Shown here one piece after another: positions 10,913-19,803 of a DNA stretch of 64,000 bases. The DNA lies in the NCBI GenBank assembly GCA_021813145.1, contig JAKALS010000004.1, forward strand, positions 8,594 to 72,593. Direction: 5' to 3'. The DNA is from a bacterium. Its GTDB lineage: Bacteria; Patescibacteriota; Microgenomatia; Levybacterales; UBA12049. Made by a program: the position numbers and the translations under genes. The stretch's first letter is position 1. Every line of letters begins with the position of its first letter. The notes beneath the pieces are model-generated. The model was not told the DNA's origin and made no database searches. It saw only the letters and a program-made list of their open reading frames with translations.

Positions 10913-11431
10913 ATGGAGCCTAAAGAATTTTATAAATTTTGTCCAAAGTGCGGAGGGGATTTGATTCCCGGAGAAGAACAGCTTCTTATTTGCGGTAAGT
11001 GTTCTTTCCGCTTTTACATTAATCCTTTGCCTTGCAATGCGGCGATCTTGGAAAACGAAAAGGGCGAAATACTTCTTGTAAAAAGAAAATACGACCCGAT
11101 GAAAGGATACTGGGATTGGCCGGGAGGTTTTATAGACCCGGGGGAAAGCCTTGAAGATTCGGTAAAAAGAGAAATAAAAGAAGAGCTAAATGTAGATATT
11201 AAAGTTATGGGGATTATCGGAGTTTATAACGACAGATATCTTTATCAAGATATTTTGCATTACTCTTTATGCGCTGCGGTATCGGCGAAAATAACTGCGG
11301 GACAATTAAAAGCCAACGATGACATAGATGGATTTGAATTTTTTAACAAAGACAAAATACTTAAACTGGATTTTGCATTTCCCTCGATTAAAAAAGGAAT
11401 AGAAGATTACTTTAAAAAGAGAAAAGTTTAG
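10913..11431 (+). CDS. NUDIX hydrolase with N-terminal C4 zinc ribbon (NudC-like architecture)
   Basis: CPKCGG...CGKCSF zinc ribbon then Nudix box GGFIDPGESLEDSVKREIKEELNV. Confidence 0.8.
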   Translation: MEPKEFYKFCPKCGGDLIPGEEQLLICGKCSFRFYINPLPCNAAILENEKGEILLVKRKYDPMKGYWDWPGGFIDPGESLEDSVKREIKEELNVDIKVMGIIGVYNDRYLYQDILHYSLCAAVSAKITAGQLKANDDIDGFEFFNKDKILKLDFAFPSIKKGIEDYFKKRKV

Positions 11432-13665
11432 GCTTTTTCGAAAATTACGTTTGAAGAATCTATGGGTACTGCTTGAGGCTCTTTGATTTTCTCATCCGGT
11501 TTTTTCTCGTGTATTTTTTCTTCCTTTTTGTTTTTTGAATACCTTTGTGCGGAAACTTTAATAACTTTTTCCCTGTTTTGGGTTTTTGATTGTGGCAAAG
11601 GTAGGGTTTGGGCAAGAAAAGGTGCCGTTGTTATAGAATCTATGGAGAGTTTTGTTAATATCTGGTAGTTCCCCAAAGCCAAAAGGTCATCTTCTTTAAA
11701 TCTTTCCCCGAATTCTTTTGCAAGATAGTAAGTGTCCTGCGCTCCGACTACGAAAGACAAAAGGGTTCCGATATTTCCGAATATTGCTGACCTTACATCA
11801 TCGGGTATTTGCGCCATATATTGGTTTGCCAAAATTAAATTAAGCCTGTATTTTCTTGCCTCGGACAATATTTTTATAAACGAACCCGTTGCAAAATTTT
11901 GGAACTCGTCTACATAAAGATAAAAATCTTTTCTTTGGGCTTCGGGTATATCGACTCTTTTCATTGCCGCAAGCTGTATTTTTGTAATTATCATCGCTCC
12001 CAAAAGAGATGAGTTATCTTCTCCGAGTTTTCCCTGCGACAGGTTAAGAATTAGAATTTTTCCTTCGTTCATTATCTTTTCAAGGTCTATTGTTGATTTG
12101 GGGTGACCTATTATATTTCTTACAGTCGGAGAGGAAACAAACTGCCCGACTTTATTAAGGATGGGAGATATGGACTCGCTGTAAAGCTTGGGAGGCATTT
12201 TTTCAAACTCATTTTGCCAGTAGCTTTTAAGGACAGGATCCTTAAGGTCTTTTACTATTTTATCCCTGAAACTTTTATCCGTTAGAAGTGGGTGTACATC
12301 CATAAATGTTGAATCCGGTTTTTCCAAAAGGGTAAGGACTGTATTTCTTAAAATGTATTCGAGTCTGGGTCCCCATGATGTTCCGTAGAGTTTCTTGAAT
12401 ATTGAAACTATTCCCGATGCAATCAACTCTTTTTGCGTTGTCCCTGCTTCCAGAGGATTTAAATGGAAAGAGCTGTCCGGGTCGGAGGGATTAAGGTAAA
12501 TTATGTCGTTAATTCTGTAAGAAGGAATATAGTCTAAGATAAGAGAAGTCAAATCTCCGTGCGGGTCTATAACGGCAAGGCCTTCGTTATTTCGCATATC
12601 GTTTATAAGCATATTTGCGATAAGAGTTGATTTTCCCGCTCCCGTTTTTCCCACAATATACTGATGTTTCCTTCTGTCATTTCTTTTTATACCGAAATTT
12701 GTAATTTTGTTTTTAAATTCCGTGTTTGCAAAAAAATTAATCTCCTTTTTCTCTTCTTGCGAAAGGTTTGCGGCAATAGGTAGATTTTCCGGCGGCTCGG
12801 AAAGGATTGTTTTTGTCCAGGAGAGATTATGGATTTTAGAAAGCTGTTCGGTAGGAAGATGATAAAGGGTTGCTATTTCCGACACATTTAAAATTTCGCT
12901 TGCCGGAATAAATGCTTTTGTCCTTTCCATTATTGCCCTGTGCAGTCTTTTTCTTTGCCAAAGTACGGGTCTTCTTAAAAAGAGGCTGTTTCCGGAAGGG
13001 TTTGAAAAAATAGAGAAGCCGTTGGTTATCTGGAAAAAATCCGAGTTGTTTGCCGTTTTTGCAAGAATTCTTATTCCCGTCTTAAAACCGTTTTTGCCGA
13101 TTTTTTCAGTAATAAATTTTGAATAAGGATTGGCGCCTTCTCCCGGTTCTTTCTGAAGGCTTTTTTGTCCTCTTGACTGCCACGACTGTGAAACGGGAAG
13201 AAGCAGGTATTGGATAACGACGGCGTTATCTTTATCCATTTTGGAAAGAAGGCTTAAAAGCGAAGAGAGGGGGTCTACTTCTTTATAATCTCTATAATTT
13301 TTTAATGGGTAAATAAAAGAAGATCGTAGTTTTAATCTTCCTTCGTGAATAACTCCCTTTCCTTCTAAAAGTGCAGGCAAATAATCTTTTACCTCGTTTA
13401 TAAGTGCTTTGGGATACTGAGCGCTGAGTTGTCCGATAACGAATGTTTGGTAGGCTTTTGGAACGACCAGGAAAAAATGTATCTGCTGGTCAAAAACCGC
13501 TATTTCCAAACTTATGGGAATACCCTTTTTGTAGACATATAAAATGGAACGCCTCAAGTTGGTTAAGCTGGCCAGAAACTGTTCCATGGCCTCGGGCGTT
13601 TCTTCGGATTTTCTCGGGGTTTTTATCTCAAGGACCGTTTTTTTGTCCATATTTAGCTTATGCAA
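11428..13665 (-). CDS. FtsK/HerA/TraG-VirD4-superfamily P-loop ATPase (type IV coupling-protein-like), 745 aa
   Basis: Walker A GKTGAGKST followed by VIDPHGD, Walker B LYVDEFQNF; no obvious N-terminal TM segments; convergent with the 5-gene cassette. Confidence 0.55.
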   Translation of the reverse strand: MHKLNMDKKTVLEIKTPRKSEETPEAMEQFLASLTNLRRSILYVYKKGIPISLEIAVFDQQIHFFLVVPKAYQTFVIGQLSAQYPKALINEVKDYLPALLEGKGVIHEGRLKLRSSFIYPLKNYRDYKEVDPLSSLLSLLSKMDKDNAVVIQYLLLPVSQSWQSRGQKSLQKEPGEGANPYSKFITEKIGKNGFKTGIRILAKTANNSDFFQITNGFSIFSNPSGNSLFLRRPVLWQRKRLHRAIMERTKAFIPASEILNVSEIATLYHLPTEQLSKIHNLSWTKTILSEPPENLPIAANLSQEEKKEINFFANTEFKNKITNFGIKRNDRRKHQYIVGKTGAGKSTLIANMLINDMRNNEGLAVIDPHGDLTSLILDYIPSYRINDIIYLNPSDPDSSFHLNPLEAGTTQKELIASGIVSIFKKLYGTSWGPRLEYILRNTVLTLLEKPDSTFMDVHPLLTDKSFRDKIVKDLKDPVLKSYWQNEFEKMPPKLYSESISPILNKVGQFVSSPTVRNIIGHPKSTIDLEKIMNEGKILILNLSQGKLGEDNSSLLGAMIITKIQLAAMKRVDIPEAQRKDFYLYVDEFQNFATGSFIKILSEARKYRLNLILANQYMAQIPDDVRSAIFGNIGTLLSFVVGAQDTYYLAKEFGERFKEDDLLALGNYQILTKLSIDSITTAPFLAQTLPLPQSKTQNREKVIKVSAQRYSKNKKEEKIHEKKPDEKIKEPQAVPIDSSNVIFEKA

Positions 13666-13776
13666 TTATAGCATTCCATTAAGAATAAGAAAAACTTCTT
13701 ACTTCTTTCTTACCTAACCTTAAAATAATTTTTACTGTCAGGATTTAACATGACTGCAGTATGGTAAAAGTCTACC

Positions 13777-13810
13777 AGAATGAGACCTCCAAAAAGGTCT
13801 CATTCTTTTG
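13777..13810 (+). promoter_or_regulatory. Perfect 11-bp hairpin AGAATGAGACC-(8)-GGTCTCATTCT followed by TTTTG, immediately 5' of yggT-like gene
   Basis: Seen in sequence. Confidence 0.4.
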
Positions 13811-14134
13811 AGAATTATGAAAGTAGCAGGATTTTTTTCAACCATAATAAATATAGTCTTCACCGTAATAGAGCTTTTGATAGGAGCAAGAGTTGTATTG
13901 AGGCTTTTGGGTGCCAATCCTTTTACTCCATTTGTTAACTGGGTCTATACGCTTTCCTCGGCTCTTATTTCTCCGTTTGCCAATATTTTTCCGAGCCCGG
14001 TTCTTAGAGGCGGATTTGTTTTGGATATTCCCGCGATCGTGGGACTTCTAGTTTATGCAATTTTGGCCTACGTAATTTTTCAGCTCATTGAATTTTTGTC
14101 GTACAAAAGGACAACAGTGTATACAACTCCTTAA
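13808..14134 (+). CDS. YggT-family small integral membrane protein
   Basis: 108 aa, two hydrophobic segments, conserved ...SPFANIFP...RGG.VLDIPAIVGLL pattern similar to YggT/Ycf19. Confidence 0.55.
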   Translation: MRIMKVAGFFSTIINIVFTVIELLIGARVVLRLLGANPFTPFVNWVYTLSSALISPFANIFPSPVLRGGFVLDIPAIVGLLVYAILAYVIFQLIEFLSYKRTTVYTTP

Positions 14135-14142
14135 TTTCCCTA

Positions 14143-14171
14143 TTGACGGAGTCAGAAAAATATTGTATATT
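14143..14171 (+). promoter_or_regulatory. sigma70-type promoter TTGACG-17-TATATT for tuf
   Basis: Sequence match; ~35 nt upstream of tuf ATG. Confidence 0.5.
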
Positions 14172-14208
14172 AAGTCTAACCTTAGACGGGTTATTTTTTT
14201 GACCAAAT

Positions 14209-15390
14209 ATGGCAGAAACATATCAAAGAACAAAACCACACGTTAATATCGGAACCATCGGTCATGTAGACCATGGTAAGACAACATTAACAGCAGCAAT
14301 TGCTACTGTTTTATCCAAACAGGGTAAAGCAAAAGCGATGAAATATGAAGATATTGATAACGCCCCGGAAGAAAGAGCAAGGGGAGTCACCATCAATATT
14401 ACCCACGTAGAATACGAAACAGAAAAAAGGCATTATGCACATATAGATGCTCCGGGACATGCCGATTATATTAAGAACATGATTACGGGAGCCGCCCAAA
14501 TGGACGGTGCAATCCTCGTAGTCTCGGCCCCCGACGGACCCATGCCTCAAACAAGAGAACACATTTTACTAGCACACCAGGTTCAGGTCCCTTCAATAGT
14601 AGTATTTCTTAATAAATGCGATATGGTTTCGGATCCCGAACTCTTGGACTTGGTTGAAATGGAAGTAAGGGAACTTCTCACAAAATACCAGTATCCGGGA
14701 AATGATGTGCCGATTATAAGAGGCTCGGCTCTTAAAGCTTTAGAAGGCGACGCGGAAGCAGAAAAACAAATACTGGCATTAATGGATGCGGTAGATAATT
14801 ATATTCCTACACCTGTAAGAGATACCGAAAAACCTTTCCTTATGCCTGTTGAAGACGTTTTCTCAATAAAGGGGAGAGGGACAGTCGTAACGGGAAGAAT
14901 AGAAAGAGGCAAGATTAAAATCAACGATCCGGTCGAAATAATAGGAATCAAACCCACAAGACAGTCGGTTGTAACGGGCGTAGAAATGTTTAGAAAACAG
15001 CTCGATGAAGGAATGGCCGGAGATAACGTAGGACTTCTTCTTAGGGGTGTAGAAAAAACCGATGTAGAAAGAGGACAGGTTGTTGCAAAACCCGGATCGA
15101 TAACACCCCACACACAATTTGAAGCAGAAGTTTATATCCTTACAAAAGAAGAAGGAGGAAGACATACTCCCTTCTTTACAGGATACAGGCCGCAATTCTA
15201 TATAAGGACAACGGACGTAACCGGAGAAGCTACGCTTCCTTCCGGAGTAGAAATGGTAATGCCCGGAGATAACGCAAAAATGAATGTAAAACTTATTGTG
15301 CCGGTTGCTATGGAAGAAGGATTAAGGTTTGCAGTAAGAGAAGGCGGAAAGACGGTAGGAGCAGGAGTAATTTCCAAGATTATTGCTTAA
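14209..15390 (+). CDS. tuf: Elongation factor Tu
   Basis: 393 aa; [22 protein letters not shown] motifs. Confidence 0.98.
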   Translation: MAETYQRTKPHVNIGTIGHVDHGKTTLTAAIATVLSKQGKAKAMKYEDIDNAPEERARGVTINITHVEYETEKRHYAHIDAPGHADYIKNMITGAAQMDGAILVVSAPDGPMPQTREHILLAHQVQVPSIVVFLNKCDMVSDPELLDLVEMEVRELLTKYQYPGNDVPIIRGSALKALEGDAEAEKQILALMDAVDNYIPTPVRDTEKPFLMPVEDVFSIKGRGTVVTGRIERGKIKINDPVEIIGIKPTRQSVVTGVEMFRKQLDEGMAGDNVGLLLRGVEKTDVERGQVVAKPGSITPHTQFEAEVYILTKEEGGRHTPFFTGYRPQFYIRTTDVTGEATLPSGVEMVMPGDNAKMNVKLIVPVAMEEGLRFAVREGGKTVGAGVISKIIA

Positions 15391-15413
15391 CGCCTTAATA
15401 AGTGTTAAAATCA

Positions 15414-15437
15414 ATGACCGCAAGGTCATTTTTTTTG
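15414..15437 (+). terminator. Intrinsic terminator ATGACC-gcaa-GGTCAT + T8 after tuf
   Basis: Seen in sequence. Confidence 0.6.
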
Positions 15438-15462
15438 TAATAAGAGGTTGGATCTTTAAAAT

Positions 15463-15771
15463 ATGCCAAAAGGAAGAATAAGAGTACGTTTAAAAAGTTA
15501 CGACGCAAGGGTAATCGACTCTACGTGTCAGCAAATATTGGATACGGCCATAAGGACCGGAGCCAAGGTTGTGGGACCGATACCTCTTCCTACAAAAAGA
15601 AGTGTATACGCAGTAAATAAATCTCCCTTTATAGATAAAAATGCAAGAGACCATTTTGAAATAAAAGTACACAAAAGATTAATAGATATAGTTTCTCCTA
15701 CGGAAAAAACAATTGACTCATTAACACACCTTGAGCTTCCAGCAGGTGTAAACATCGAAATCAGAATGTAG
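15463..15771 (+). CDS. rpsJ: 30S ribosomal protein S10
   Basis: 102 aa; IRVRLKSYD...LDTAI... typical S10. Confidence 0.95.
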   Translation: MPKGRIRVRLKSYDARVIDSTCQQILDTAIRTGAKVVGPIPLPTKRSVYAVNKSPFIDKNARDHFEIKVHKRLIDIVSPTEKTIDSLTHLELPAGVNIEIRM

Positions 15772-15886
15772 TTCTCCCCGATCTTTCTTAGCTCGCAAGT
15801 GAAATTTTCGTTTCTCGTTTGCTCAAGCAGATGTAAAGTTATCTGATAGAGAAAAAAATTCTGTTTTTATCCTTTAAGCTTTAAGT

Positions 15887-15915
15887 TTGACAAATCATAT
15901 CTTCGGATATATACT
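15887..15915 (+). promoter_or_regulatory. Consensus sigma70 promoter TTGACA-17-TATACT driving orphan gene inside S10 operon
   Basis: Exact TTGACA and TATACT with 17-nt spacer; ATG 9 nt downstream of -10. Confidence 0.55.
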
Positions 15916-15924
15916 GCGGCCACT

Positions 15925-16485
15925 ATGAGCCATGAATCTATATCTTCTGAAAATAAATATTCTTTGGGTGAGATATTAAGAAGTTTAAACGAAAGCCAGA
16001 AGCACTCTTTGGCTATAATTTTGCGCCTTGATGAAAGATTAAGGGATATGTCCCAAAGTGCTGAATTTTCGGACATTAGGACTTTTTCTATAAGACACGA
16101 TGCCTCAAATAATATTAGAGGTTTGGAATGGGATAAAGAATATGGATTTATGGAGCCATTCGGGGAGCCTCTTACAGCAATGGATATACTAAATGATTAT
16201 ATTGCCCGAACCTATACAAAACGTACGCAAGGTCCTGTTTGGTATTTTTCCCATATGTTTCCCGATACAGATTCACCAACGCTAAGAAGATCGGCAAAAG
16301 AAGAGATAAGAGCTGCTGTTTCGGCTCCACTTTATGCTTATGAAACTTCGTTTGACGGTTTATTTCCGAAATTTAGGGCAAATTTTCAAAATGCTGCTGC
16401 TGCTTGCATAAGAGGAGAAGGGAAACTTCGGGCTGACCCGCAAAGCCTTCTTTCAAAAGCAAAAGAAATTGCCAAAATTCTCTAG
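15925..16485 (+). CDS. Hypothetical protein (186 aa) inserted between rpsJ and rplC
   Basis: ORF only; Arg/Ala-rich composition atypical of the Lys/Ile-rich neighbours; own promoter; flanked by ~150-180 nt non-coding DNA each side. Confidence 0.5.
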   Translation: MSHESISSENKYSLGEILRSLNESQKHSLAIILRLDERLRDMSQSAEFSDIRTFSIRHDASNNIRGLEWDKEYGFMEPFGEPLTAMDILNDYIARTYTKRTQGPVWYFSHMFPDTDSPTLRRSAKEEIRAAVSAPLYAYETSFDGLFPKFRANFQNAAAACIRGEGKLRADPQSLLSKAKEIAKIL

Positions 16486-16668
16486 AATTTCCACTTTAAT
16501 TCTACTTGCATTTAGGCTCATTGCATTATATAATTATGCTTACTTAAGCATGGTTATAACGCATCAGGAGGTGATTGTAACTACATAGCAGAGCTTAAAA
16601 CTACGGATTCGTAAGTAAAGTGACTCTATGTGGGTCGCTTTTTTTTGTGTTTTATAACCTGAAAATAA

Positions 16669-17586
16669 ATGAACATACAAGGGCTAATAGGCAAAAAAAG
16701 TTATCAGACACAGGGATTTCTGGAAGACGGGACGAGGGTCCCGTTGTCTGCTGTCATTTTGGCAGAAAACCTGGTTTCTCAGGTAAAAACGCAGGAAAAA
16801 GAAGGATACAATGCGGTGCAAATTGCCTTCGGAGAAAAGAGGAAAACAACAAAAGCATTACAGGGACACGGAAAGAAAGCGGGACTTGAAAAAAATGCCC
16901 GCTTTTTTAGAGAAATAAGAGTAGAAGACACGGCGGGGTTTGAGCCGGGTGCAAAAATAAATGTTAATGATGTGTTTAAACCCGGAGATATCGTTGACGT
17001 AACGGGAGTTTCCAAAGGAAAAGGATGGGCAGGAGTAGTTAAAAAATGGCATTTTAGAGGAGGACCAAGAACTCACGGGCAATCCGACAGAGAAAGGGCC
17101 CCCGGTTCAATCGGACAGACTACAACGCCGGGAAGAGTATACAGGGGAAAGAAAATGGCCGGGAAAATGGGAAGCGAAACTGCCACGGTAAAAAATCTCG
17201 AAATAACAGAAGTAACAAACGACGGAGTACTTTTAATAAAAGGATTGATTCCCGGTTATACAAACGGTTTGGTAATGGTTAAAAAGGTGGGAGAAAACAA
17301 AAAATTTGTCCCTCTCTATAAGGAAATATCAAAAGAGGAAGAGGTATCAGAACCTTCGGAAGGGCAAGAAACACAGGAAGCTTCTCCAGAACCAGTTGTT
17401 GAAGAAGCACCGGTCTTGGAAGAAAATCCCGAACAAAGTTCAGAGCCGGTTGTCAGTTCGCCTGCAAATGAACAGCCTGCTGTCTCTGAGGATAAGGGAA
17501 CAATAGAAGAAGCATCAGAAGCAACAGTGGAAACTGCCGAAAAGAGGAAAGAAGCACAAGAAGAAGAGAAAGGAGAGAATTCTTAA
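16669..17586 (+). CDS. rplC: 50S ribosomal protein L3 with ~90-aa acidic/Pro-rich C-terminal extension
   Basis: 305 aa vs ~210 typical; conserved L3 core through ...LIKGLIPGYTNGLVMVKK, then low-complexity E/P/S/A tail. Confidence 0.93.
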   Translation: MNIQGLIGKKSYQTQGFLEDGTRVPLSAVILAENLVSQVKTQEKEGYNAVQIAFGEKRKTTKALQGHGKKAGLEKNARFFREIRVEDTAGFEPGAKINVNDVFKPGDIVDVTGVSKGKGWAGVVKKWHFRGGPRTHGQSDRERAPGSIGQTTTPGRVYRGKKMAGKMGSETATVKNLEITEVTNDGVLLIKGLIPGYTNGLVMVKKVGENKKFVPLYKEISKEEEVSEPSEGQETQEASPEPVVEEAPVLEENPEQSSEPVVSSPANEQPAVSEDKGTIEEASEATVETAEKRKEAQEEEKGENS

Positions 17587-17654
17587 TTACTAATTGACCT
17601 AATAACATAATTTCTCTAAAGAGGTTAGAAATTAGGATTTAGAATTTTCAGAAT

Positions 17655-18425
17655 ATGCCAAAAGTTAAAGCCAACGTAAAAGTTAAGGTTGCTCCCAAAG
17701 CCAAAGTCAAGGTTGCAGTTAAGACAGGGTCTAAAACAAGTGCCACCAAAAAGGTGATACAAGAGCTTCCCAAGGAAACGGGATTAAAGCAAAGTGTTTA
17801 TGATACGAAAGGAAAGGTTGTAGAAAGCATAACTTTACCTAAAGAAATTTTCGGAGTAAAAGTAAACGAACATTTAATGGCCCAGGCCGTAAGAGTATTT
17901 CTTAACAACAGAAGAAAAGGTACGGTAAAAACAAAATCAAGAGGAGAGGTAAATAAGACAACAAAGAAAGCATACAGGCAAAAAGGAACAGGAAGAGCAA
18001 GGCACGGAGCAATGTCCGCTCCTATATATGTAGGAGGAGGAGTTGCATTCGGACCAAAACCCAGGGATTATTCATTAAGCCTTCCTAAAAAAATGAAAAG
18101 AGCAGCTCTTTTTTCCGCTCTTTCTGCAAAAGTTGCGGGTGGGGAAATAAAAGTTCTGACCGGACTTGAAAAGATTGAACCTAAAACAAAGCTTATGGCG
18201 GATGTTATAAAAAATCTTTCGCTTGATGGCAAAAATAAAAAGTTGCTTTTGGTAGCAGCCGATCCTAAAGCCGATAATGTAAAAAAAGCAGGAAGAAACA
18301 TAAAGGGATTAAGCATTTTGGATGCTAATCTTTTGAACACTTATGAAGTTTTGGATAGCAAAGGAATAATTTTAATGAAAGGAGCAATAGAAGCTATTCA
18401 AAAAAGCTTTGTAAAAGAAAGTTAA
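17655..18425 (+). CDS. rplD: 50S ribosomal protein L4 with Lys/Val-rich N-terminal extension
   Basis: 256 aa; KANVKVKVAPKAKVKVAVK repeat N-terminus, then L4 core (RQKGTGRARHG). Confidence 0.93.
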   Translation: MPKVKANVKVKVAPKAKVKVAVKTGSKTSATKKVIQELPKETGLKQSVYDTKGKVVESITLPKEIFGVKVNEHLMAQAVRVFLNNRRKGTVKTKSRGEVNKTTKKAYRQKGTGRARHGAMSAPIYVGGGVAFGPKPRDYSLSLPKKMKRAALFSALSAKVAGGEIKVLTGLEKIEPKTKLMADVIKNLSLDGKNKKLLLVAADPKADNVKKAGRNIKGLSILDANLLNTYEVLDSKGIILMKGAIEAIQKSFVKES

Positions 18426-18709
18426 TGAATACAATAATTGCGCCGGTTATTTCGGAAAAATCTATGGCAGATGCGGCAAAAAATAAATTTACCTTCAGGG
18501 TAGCAAGGGCAGCCGGAAAAGACGAGATTAAAAAAGAAATAGAAAAAAAATTTAAAGTTAATGTAATAGGTATTTCAACAATTACGATTAAGGGTAGAAC
18601 TCAAAAAACCGGCACCAGGAGAATAGAGGTTAAACATTCGCCGTTTAAAAAGGCTGTAGTAAAACTTAAAGAAGGACAAAAAATCGCCTTATTTGATATA
18701 GGAGCATGA
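18425..18709 (+). CDS. rplW: 50S ribosomal protein L23
   Basis: 94 aa, operon position, L23-like. Confidence 0.9.
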   Translation: MNTIIAPVISEKSMADAAKNKFTFRVARAAGKDEIKKEIEKKFKVNVIGISTITIKGRTQKTGTRRIEVKHSPFKKAVVKLKEGQKIALFDIGA

Positions 18710-18740
18710 CCTTAAAATTAATAATTAAAGATTAAAAAAT

Positions 18741-19493
18741 ATGAAGAAATTAAAATTTATTAAAAAGAAAAATTCGGGAAGAGACCAAAGCGGACAAGTC
18801 TCGGTAAGACATCAGGGAGGACAGCATAAAAGATATCTTAGGGTAATAGACTTTAAACGTGATAAAATAGGCGTTGGCGGAAGAGTTGTTTCCCTTGAGT
18901 ATGATCCTAACAGGAGTGTTGATATTGCTCTTATTCACTACTCGGATGGAGAAAAAAGATATATTCTTGCTCCTCAGGGTTTAAAACTCAACGACACTGT
19001 CTTTTCCGGACAGAATGCGGATTTAAGGACAGGCAATACCTTACCCCTTTCTCTTATTCCGATAGGAACATTTGTGCATAATGTAGAGTTAACTCCCGGA
19101 AAAGGCGGACAAATAGCAAGAGGAAGCGGAACAAGTGCGATAGTCCAGGCAAAAGAAGGCGATTTTGTCCACCTTAAGATGCCATCAGGAGAGGTAAGAA
19201 AAATAAGAGCTGCGGGCTTTGCGACAGTCGGAGTTCTGGGAAAAGCGGAATTAAAAAACAGGAACTTGGGCAAAGCAGGAACAAAAAGACACATGGGAAT
19301 CAGACCGACCGTAAGGGGAGTTGCGCAGAACCCCAGAAGCCATCCTCACGGAGGGGGAGAGGGAAGAAGCGGAATAGGAATGTCTTTACCTAAGACTTTC
19401 GCAGGAAAGCCAGCGGTTGGAAAAACAAGAAGACCTAAGAAATATTCGAATAAGTATATTTTACAAAGGAGAAAGGCTGGTAAACACAGTTAA
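18741..19493 (+). CDS. rplB: 50S ribosomal protein L2
   Basis: 250 aa; ...GRNxxGxITxRHxGGGHKRxYR-like motifs ([10 protein letters not shown]). Confidence 0.95.
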   Translation: MKKLKFIKKKNSGRDQSGQVSVRHQGGQHKRYLRVIDFKRDKIGVGGRVVSLEYDPNRSVDIALIHYSDGEKRYILAPQGLKLNDTVFSGQNADLRTGNTLPLSLIPIGTFVHNVELTPGKGGQIARGSGTSAIVQAKEGDFVHLKMPSGEVRKIRAAGFATVGVLGKAELKNRNLGKAGTKRHMGIRPTVRGVAQNPRSHPHGGGEGRSGIGMSLPKTFAGKPAVGKTRRPKKYSNKYILQRRKAGKHS

Positions 19494-19777
19494 TGAGTAG
19501 AAGTTCTAAAAAAGGACCATTTGTAGACCAGAGGCTTTTAAGAAAAGTCATGGTTCAGAAAAATACGGGCGACAAAAGCCCTATAAAAACGTGGTCGAGG
19601 GCATGCCAGATACCTCCGGAATTTGTAGGACACACGATTGCTGTTCACAACGGTAGGGTCTTTAACAATGTATTTGTTCTTGAAGGAATGGTGGGCCACA
19701 GGCTCGGAGAGTTTTCGCCTACCAGAACATTCAGAACCCATGGAAGAGTAGTAGCAAGGGAGATTTCTAAGACCTAA
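19493..19777 (+). CDS. rpsS: 30S ribosomal protein S19
   Basis: 94 aa; [10 protein letters not shown] motif. Confidence 0.95.
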   Translation: MSRSSKKGPFVDQRLLRKVMVQKNTGDKSPIKTWSRACQIPPEFVGHTIAVHNGRVFNNVFVLEGMVGHRLGEFSPTRTFRTHGRVVAREISKT

Positions 19778-19803
19778 GACATAGGACTTAAGATTTAAAA
19801 ATT

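Noticed and set aside
8205-14208. Integrative mobile element / prophage
   Set aside because: No integrase, recombinase, transposase, flanking tRNA or direct repeats identifiable; composition not strikingly different from flanks.
16620-16889. 89-aa ORF overlapping rplC start
   Set aside because: Out-of-frame overlap with conserved L3 N-terminus; Arg/Gly-rich shadow translation.
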